This document shows positions 57,110 to 64,000 of a stretch of 64,000 nucleotides of DNA, one piece after another. The first letter of the stretch is position 1. Each line of letters begins with the position of its first letter. The notes under the pieces are model-generated. The model searched no databases and had not been told where the DNA came from. It saw nothing but the letters and a program-made list of their open reading frames with translations. A program made the position numbers and the translations under genes. This DNA comes from the human T2T-CHM13v2.0 reference genome, Homo sapiens. The stretch lies in NCBI RefSeq assembly GCF_009914755.1, contig NC_060948.1, one strand, 5' to 3'.

Positions 57110-60100
57110 TCAGAACGGACTGGAGAGGAATGTACACAAATGGAATGGAAACGAATGGAATGGAATGAAATGGAATGGAATGCAATGGAATTGAAAGGAA
57201 CGGAATCAAATGGAATGGAATGGATTGGAATAGAATGGATTCAAATAAAATAGAATCGATTGCAATGGTATTGAATGGAAGGGACTTGAATGGAATGGAA
57301 AGCAATGGAAGATATTGGAATCGAATGGCATCGAATGAAATGGAATGGAACGGAATGGAACGGACCCGAATGGATGGAATGGACTCAAATGTAATGGACT
57401 CGAATGGAATCGACTGAAATATAATAGACTCGAAAGGAATGGCCTCGAGCGGAATTTATTTGAATAGAATGGAATCAAATGGAATACAATAGTATGGAAT
57501 GGAATCGAAAGGAATGGAATCGAATGGAATGTAATCAAATGGAATGGAACAGAATTCAATATAATGGAGTAGAATGGAATGCATTGGAAAGGAGCAGAGT
57601 GGAATCGAGTGTATTGGAATCGACTGGAATGGAATCAAAGGGAACAAAATCAAATTGAATTGACTTGAATGGAATTGAGTCGAAAGGAATTGACTCGAAA
57701 GGAATGGACTGGAACAAAAAGGAATCAAATGGACAGGAATGGAATGGAATGGACTCGAATGGAATGGAGTCAAATGAAAACGCATCGAATGGAATGGATT
57801 CAAATGGAATGCAATTGAATGGAACAGAAAGGAAGAGAATGGAATTGAGAGTAATGCAAAGATATCGATTGGAATGAAATGGAATGGAAAGGAATTGAAT
57901 GGAAAGGAAAGGACTCGAAAGAAATGGATTGGAATGGAATGGTCTCCAATGGAATGGACTGGAGTGGAATGGAATCGAATGGAAAGAAAAGAATGGAACG
58001 GAATGGAATGGAAAGGAATAGAATGTTATGGAATCCGATTGGACAGAATGGAATGGAATGCAGTTTCATGAAAAAGAGTCGAATAGAGTGGCATCAATAG
58101 GAATGGAATGGAGTGGACTCAAAAGTAATGGACTCGAAAGGAATCGAGTCGAACCAAATTGAGTCAAATGCATTGGAGTCGAACAGAATGGAATGGAATG
58201 GAATGAACTCGACTGGAGTAGAGAGGAATGAAAAGGAATAGAATGGAATGTAATCAAATGGATTGCAAGTGAATGGAATCAAAAATAATAGAAAGGAATG
58301 GAGTGTAAAGGGATGATATTGAATTAAATGGAATGGAATGGAATTTAATGGAATGGAGTCGAAGGAATGGACAGGAATGTAATGGACTCCAATGGAATGG
58401 AATGGATCAAAATGGATTTGAACAGATTGGAATCGAACGGAATGGAATGCAATGAAATGGAATGGACTCGATCAGAACAGACTGGAGAGGAATGTACACA
58501 AATGGAATGGAAACGAATGGAATGGAATGAAATGGAAAGGAATGCAATGGAATTGAAAGGAACGGAATCAAATGGAATGGAATGGAATGGAATGGAATGA
58601 ATTGGAATAGAATGGATTCAAATAAAATAGAATCGATTGCAATGGTATTGAATGGAAGGGTCTTGAATGGAATGGAAAGCAATGGAAGATATTGGATTCG
58701 AATGGCATCGAATGAAATGGAATGGAACGGAATGGAACGGACCCGAATGGTATGGAATGGACTCAAATGTAATGGACTCGAATGGAATCGACTGAAATAT
58801 AATAGACTCGAAAGGAATGGCCTCGAGCGGAATTTATTTGAATAGAATTGAATCAAATGGAATACAATAGTATGGAATGGAATCGAATGGAATGGAATCG
58901 AATGGAATGTAATCAAATGGAATGGAACGGAATTCAATATAATGGAGTAGAATGGAATGCATTGGAAAGGAGCAGAGTGGAATCGAGTGGATTGGAATCG
59001 AGTGGAATGGAATCAAAGGGAACGAAATCGAATTGAATGGACTTGAATGGAATTGAGTCGAAAGGAATTGACTCAAAAGGAATGGACTGGAACAAAAAGG
59101 AATCAAATGGACAGGAATGGAATGGAATGGACTCGAATGGAATGGAGTCAAATGCAAACGCATCAAATGGAATGGATTCAAATGGAATGCAATTGAATGG
59201 AATAGAAAGGAAGAGAATGGAATTGAGAATAATGGAAAGATATCGATTGGAATGAAATGGAATGGAAAGGAATTGAATGGAAAGGAATGGACTCGAAAGA
59301 AATGGATTGGAATGCAATGGTCTCCAATGGAATGGACTGGAGTGGAATGGAATCGAATGGAATGAAAAGAATGGAACGGAATGGAACGGAAAGGAATAGA
59401 ATGTTATGGAATCCGATTGGACAGAATGGAATGGAATGCAGTTTCATGAAATGGAGTGGAATAGAGTGGCATCAAAAGGAATGGAATGGAGTGGACTCAA
59501 AAGGAATGGACTCGAAAGGAATGGAGTCGAACCAAATTGAATCAAATGGATTGGAGTCGAACAGAATGGAATGGAATGGAATGAACTCGACTGGAGTAGA
59601 GAGGAATGAAAAGGAATAGAATGGAATGTAATCAAATGGATTGCAAGTGAATGGAATCAAAAATAATAGAAAGGAATGGAGTGTAAAGGGATGATATTGA
59701 ATTAAATGGAATGGAATGGAATTTAATGGAATGGAGTCGAAGGAATGGACAGGAATGTAATGGACTCCAATGGAATGGAATGGATCAAAATGGATTTGAA
59801 CAGATTGGAATCGAACGGAATGGAATGCAATGAAATGGAATGGACTCGATCAGAACGGACTGGAGAGGAATGTACACAAATGGAATGGAAACGAAAGGAA
59901 TGGAATGAAATGGAATGGAATGCAATGGAATTGAAAGGAACGGAATCAAATGGAATGGAATGGAATGGAATGGATTGGAATAGAATGGATTCAAATAAAA
60001 TAGAATCGATTGCAATGGTATTGAATGGAAGGGACTTGAATGGAATGGAAAGCAATGGAAGATATTGGAATCGAATGGCATCGAATGAAATGGAATGGAA

Positions 60101-63100
60101 CGGAATGGAACGGACCCGAATGGAATGGAATGGACTCAAATGTAATGGACTCGAATGGAATCGACTGAAATATAATAGACTCGAAAGGAATGGCCTCTAG
60201 CGGAATTTATTTGAATAGAATGGAATCAAATGGAATACAATCGTATGGAATGGTATCGAATGGAATGGAATCGAATGGAATGTAATCAAATGGAATGAAA
60301 CGGAATTCAACATAATGGAGTAGAATGGAATGCATTGGAAAGGAGCAGAGTGGAATCGAGTGGATTGGAATCGAGTGGAATGGAATCAAAGGGAATGAAA
60401 TCGAATTGAATGGACTTGAATGGAATTGAGTCGAAGGAATTGACTCAAAAGGAATGGACTGGAACAAAAAGGAATCAAATGGACAGGAATGGAATGGAAG
60501 GGACTCGAATGGAATGGAGTCAAATGCAAACGCATCGAATGGAATGGATTCAAATGGAATGCAATTGAATGGAATAGAAAGGAAGAGAATGGAATTGAGA
60601 GTAATGGAAAGATATCGATTGGAATGAAATGGAATGGAAAGGAATTGAATGGAAAGGAATGGACTCGAAAGAAATGGATTGGAATGGAATGGTCTCCAAT
60701 GGAATGGACTGGAGTGGAATGGAATCGAATGGAAAGAAAAGAATGGAACGGAATGGAACGGAAAGGAATAGAATGTTATGGAATCCGATTGGACAGAATG
60801 GAATGGAATGCAGTTTCATGAAATGGAGTCGAATAGAGTGGCATGAAAAGGAATGGAATGGAGTGGACTCAAAAGGAATGGACTCGAAAGGAATGGAGTC
60901 GAACCAAATTGAATCAAATGGATTGGAGTCGAACAGAATGGAATGGAATGGAATGAACTCGACTGGAGTAGAGAGGAATGAAAAGGAATAGAATGGAATG
61001 TAATCAAATGGATTGCAAGTGAATGGAATCAAAAATAATAGAAAGGAATGGAGTGTAAAGGGATGATATTGAATTAAATGGAATGGAATGGAATTTAATG
61101 GAATGGAGTCGAAGGAATGGACAGGAATGTAATGAACTCCAATGGAATGGAATGGATCAAAATGGATTTGAACAGATTGGAATCGAACGGAATGGAATGC
61201 AATGAAATGGAATGGACTCGATCAGAACGGACTGGAGAGGAATGTACACAAATGGAATGGAAACGAAAGGAATGGAATGAAATGGAATGGAATGCAATGG
61301 AATTGAAAGGAACGGAATCAAATGGAATGGAATGGAATGGAATGGATTGGAATAGAATGGATTCAAATAAAATAGAATCGATTGCAATGGTATTGAATGG
61401 AAGGGACTTGAATGGAATGGAAAGCAATGGAAGATATTGGAATCGAATGGCATCGAATGAAATGGAATGGAACGGAATGGAACGGACCCGAATGGAATGG
61501 AATGGACTCAAATGTAATGGACTCGAATGGAATCGACTGAAATATAATAGACTCGAAAGGAATGGCCTCGAGCGGAATTTATTTGAATAGAATGGAATAA
61601 AATGGAGTACAATCGTATGGAATGGAATCGATTGGAATGGAATCGAATGGAATGTAATCAAATGGAATGGAACGGAATTCAATATAATGGAGTAGAATGG
61701 AATGCATTGGAAAGGAGCAGAGTGGAATCGAGTGGATTGGAATCGAGTGGAATGGAATCAAAGGGAACGAAATCGAATTGAATGGACTTGAATGGAATTG
61801 AGTCGAAAGGAATTGACTTGAAAGGAATGGACTGGAACAAAAAGGAATCAAATGGAGAGGAATGGAATGGAATGGACTCGAATGGAATGGAGTCAAATGC
61901 AAACGCATCGAATGGAATGGATTCAAATGGAATGCAATTGAATGGAATAGAAAGGAAGAGAATGGAATTGAGAGTAATGGAAAGATATCGATTGGAATGA
62001 AATGGAATGGAAAGGAATTGAATGGAAAGGAATGGACTCGAAAGAAATGGATTGGAATGGAATGGTCTCCAATGGAATGGACTGGAGTGGAATGCAATCG
62101 AATGGAAAGAAAAGAATGGAACGGAATGGAACGGAAAGGAATAGAATGTTATGGAATCCGATTGAACAGAATGGAATGGAATGCAGTTTCATGAAATGGA
62201 GTCGAATATAGTGGCATCAAAAGGAATGGAATGGAATGGACTCAAAAGGAATGGACTCGAAAGGAATGGAGTCGAACCAAATTGAATCAAATGGATTGGA
62301 GTCGAACAGAATGGAATGGAATGGAATGAACTCGACTGGAGTAGAGAGGAATGAAAAGGAATAGAATGGAATGTAATCAAATGGATTGCAAGTGAATGGA
62401 ATCAAAAATAATAGAAAGGAATGGAGTGTAAAGGGATGATATTGAATTAAATGGAATGGAATGGAATTTAATGGAATGGAGTCGAATGAATGGACAGGAA
62501 TGTAATGGACTCCAATGGAATGGAATGGATCAAAATGGATTTGAACAGATTGGAATCGAACGGAATGGAATGCAATGAAATGGAATGGACTCGATCAGAA
62601 CGGACTGGAGAGGAATGTACACAAATGGAATGAAAACGAAAGGAATGGAATGAAATGGAATGGAATGCAATGGAATTGAAAGGAACGGAATCAAATGGAA
62701 TGGAATGGAATGGAATGGATTGGAATAGAATGGATTCAAATAAAATAGAATCGATTGCAATGGTATTGAATGGAAGGGACTTGAATGGAATGGAAAGCAA
62801 TGGAAGATATTGGAATCGAATGGCATCGAATGAAATTGAATGGAACGGAATGGAACGGACCCGAATGGAATGGAATGGACTCAAATGTAATGGACTCGAT
62901 TGGAATCGACTGAAATATAATAGACTCGAAAGGAATGGCCTCGAGCGGAATTTATTTGAATAGAATGGAATCAAATGGAATACAATAGTATAGAATGGAA
63001 TCGAATGGAATGGAATCGAATGGAATGTAATCAAATGGAATGGAACGGAATTCAATATAATGGAGTAGAATGGAATGCATTGGAAAGGAGCAGAGTGGAA

Positions 63101-64000
63101 TCGAGTGGATTGGAATCGAGTGGAATGGAATCAAAGGGAACGAAATCGAATTGAATGGACTTGAATGGAATTGAGTCGAAAGGAATTGACTCGAAAGGAA
63201 TGGACTGGAACAAAAAGGAATCAAATGGAGAGGAATGGAATGGAATGGACTCGAATGGAATGGAGTCAAATGCAAACGCATCGAATGGAATGGATTCAAA
63301 TGGAATGCAATTGAATGGAATAGAAAGGAAGAGAATGGAATTGAGAGTAATGGAAAGATATCGATTGGAATGAAATGGAATGGAAAGGAATTGAATGGAA
63401 AGGAATGGACTCGAAAGAAATGGATTGGAATGGAATGGTCTCCAATGGAATGGACTGGAGTGGAATGCAATCGAATGGAAAGAAAAGAATGGAACGGAAT
63501 GGAATGGAAAGGAACAGAATGTTATGGATTCCGATTGAACAGAATGGAATGGAATGCAGTTTCATGAAATGGAGTCGAATAGAGTGGCATGAAAAGGAAT
63601 GGAATGGAGTGGACTCAAAAGGAATGGACTCGAAAGGAATGGAGTCGAACCAAATTGAATCAAATGGATTGGAGTCGAACAGAATGGAATGGAATGGAAT
63701 GAACTCGACTGGAGTAGAGAGGAATGAAAAGGAATAGAATGGAATGTAATCAAATGGATTGCAAGTGAATGGAATCAAAAATAATAGAAAGGAATGGAGT
63801 GTAAAGGGATGATATTGAATTAAATGGAATGGAATGGAATTTAATGGAATGGAGTCGAAGGAATGGACAGGAATGTAATGGACTCCAATGGAATGGAATG
63901 GATCAAAATGGATTTGAACAGATTGGAATCGAACGGAATGGAATGCAATGAAATGGAATGGACTCGATCAGAACGGACTGGAGAGGAATGTACACAAATG
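55747..64000 (+). repeat. Short array 2: at least 6 tandem copies (V1-V6, plus the start of V7) of the same ~1.37 kb sub-unit, running off the window end
   Basis: Copy starts at 55747, 57110, 58472, 59850, 61222, 62595 and 63968 (lengths 1363, 1362, 1378, 1372, 1373, 1373 bp). Junction sequence TGCAATGAAATGGAATGGACTCGA|TCAGAAC is the same as in short array 1. Confidence 0.92.

Larger units (their letters stand above)
1..64000 (+). repeat. Satellite III (HSat3)-type diverged (GGAAT)n pentameric satellite array, G/A-rich strand on +
   Basis: Continuous GGAAT pentamers with typical variants (GGACT, CGAAT, GGAGT, GCAAT, AGAAT, GTAAT, CAAAT) from base 1 to 64000. The + strand is strongly purine-rich and C-poor, and there is no strand switch. 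It lacks the (CATTCGATTC / ATCATCGAAT) 23-26 bp periodic pattern typical of HSat2. Confidence 0.97.
1..64000. promoter_or_regulatory. Very dense GGAATG/CATTCC (MCAT, TEAD-family consensus) motif content intrinsic to the satellite
   Basis: The motif is simply the tandem pentamer, so it is present throughout. Actual binding cannot be shown from sequence. Confidence 0.35.

Noticed and set aside
954-63737. Plus-strand MEWNG-repeat ORFs that superficially resemble pentapeptide-repeat proteins
   Set aside because: They are the direct translation of (GGAAT)n. The period is 5 nt with no codon-level conservation, and single-base indels and stops are freely tolerated between copies.
1-64000. Transposon insertions, strand inversions, telomeric repeats, alpha satellite or CENP-B boxes
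   Set aside because: None seen: no poly(A) tail or target-site duplication, no CATTC block on the + strand, no TTAGGG runs and no 171-bp monomers.
1-64000. HSat2 assignment
   Set aside because: Long perfect GGAAT runs are common and the HSat2 ATCATCGAAT-type 23/26-bp periodicity is absent.

Overview
The whole 64 kb window is one uninterrupted, single-orientation classical satellite array of diverged (GGAAT)n pentamers on the + strand ((ATTCC/CATTC)n on the - strand). This is human or great-ape Satellite III (HSat3)-type pericentromeric heterochromatin. I find no credible gene, RNA gene, transposon insertion or inversion. The supplied ORFs are artefacts of the pentamer, which translates as MEWNG on + and IPFHS on -. 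The real information is in the nested repeat architecture, which I read by eye from rare marker sequences. (1) A ~5.52-5.59 kb higher-order unit occurs 8 times (L1-L8), each with one PstI site. (2) A ~1.37-1.38 kb terminal sub-segment of that unit has been amplified on its own in two places: 10 copies at 10,161-23,895 and at least 6 at 55,747 to the window end. Both arrays share the same junction and diagnostic variants. (3) A ~22 kb near-identical block (about 30.4-52.8 kb) has an 11,070-bp A/B dimer period, best explained by two successive duplications (1->2->4). (4) The 1.38-kb copies are mosaics of each other. I see no novel coding system. The most interesting signal is a satellite array that records how a new repeat period arises from an older one. 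The chromosome and subfamily cannot be assigned without a database search.
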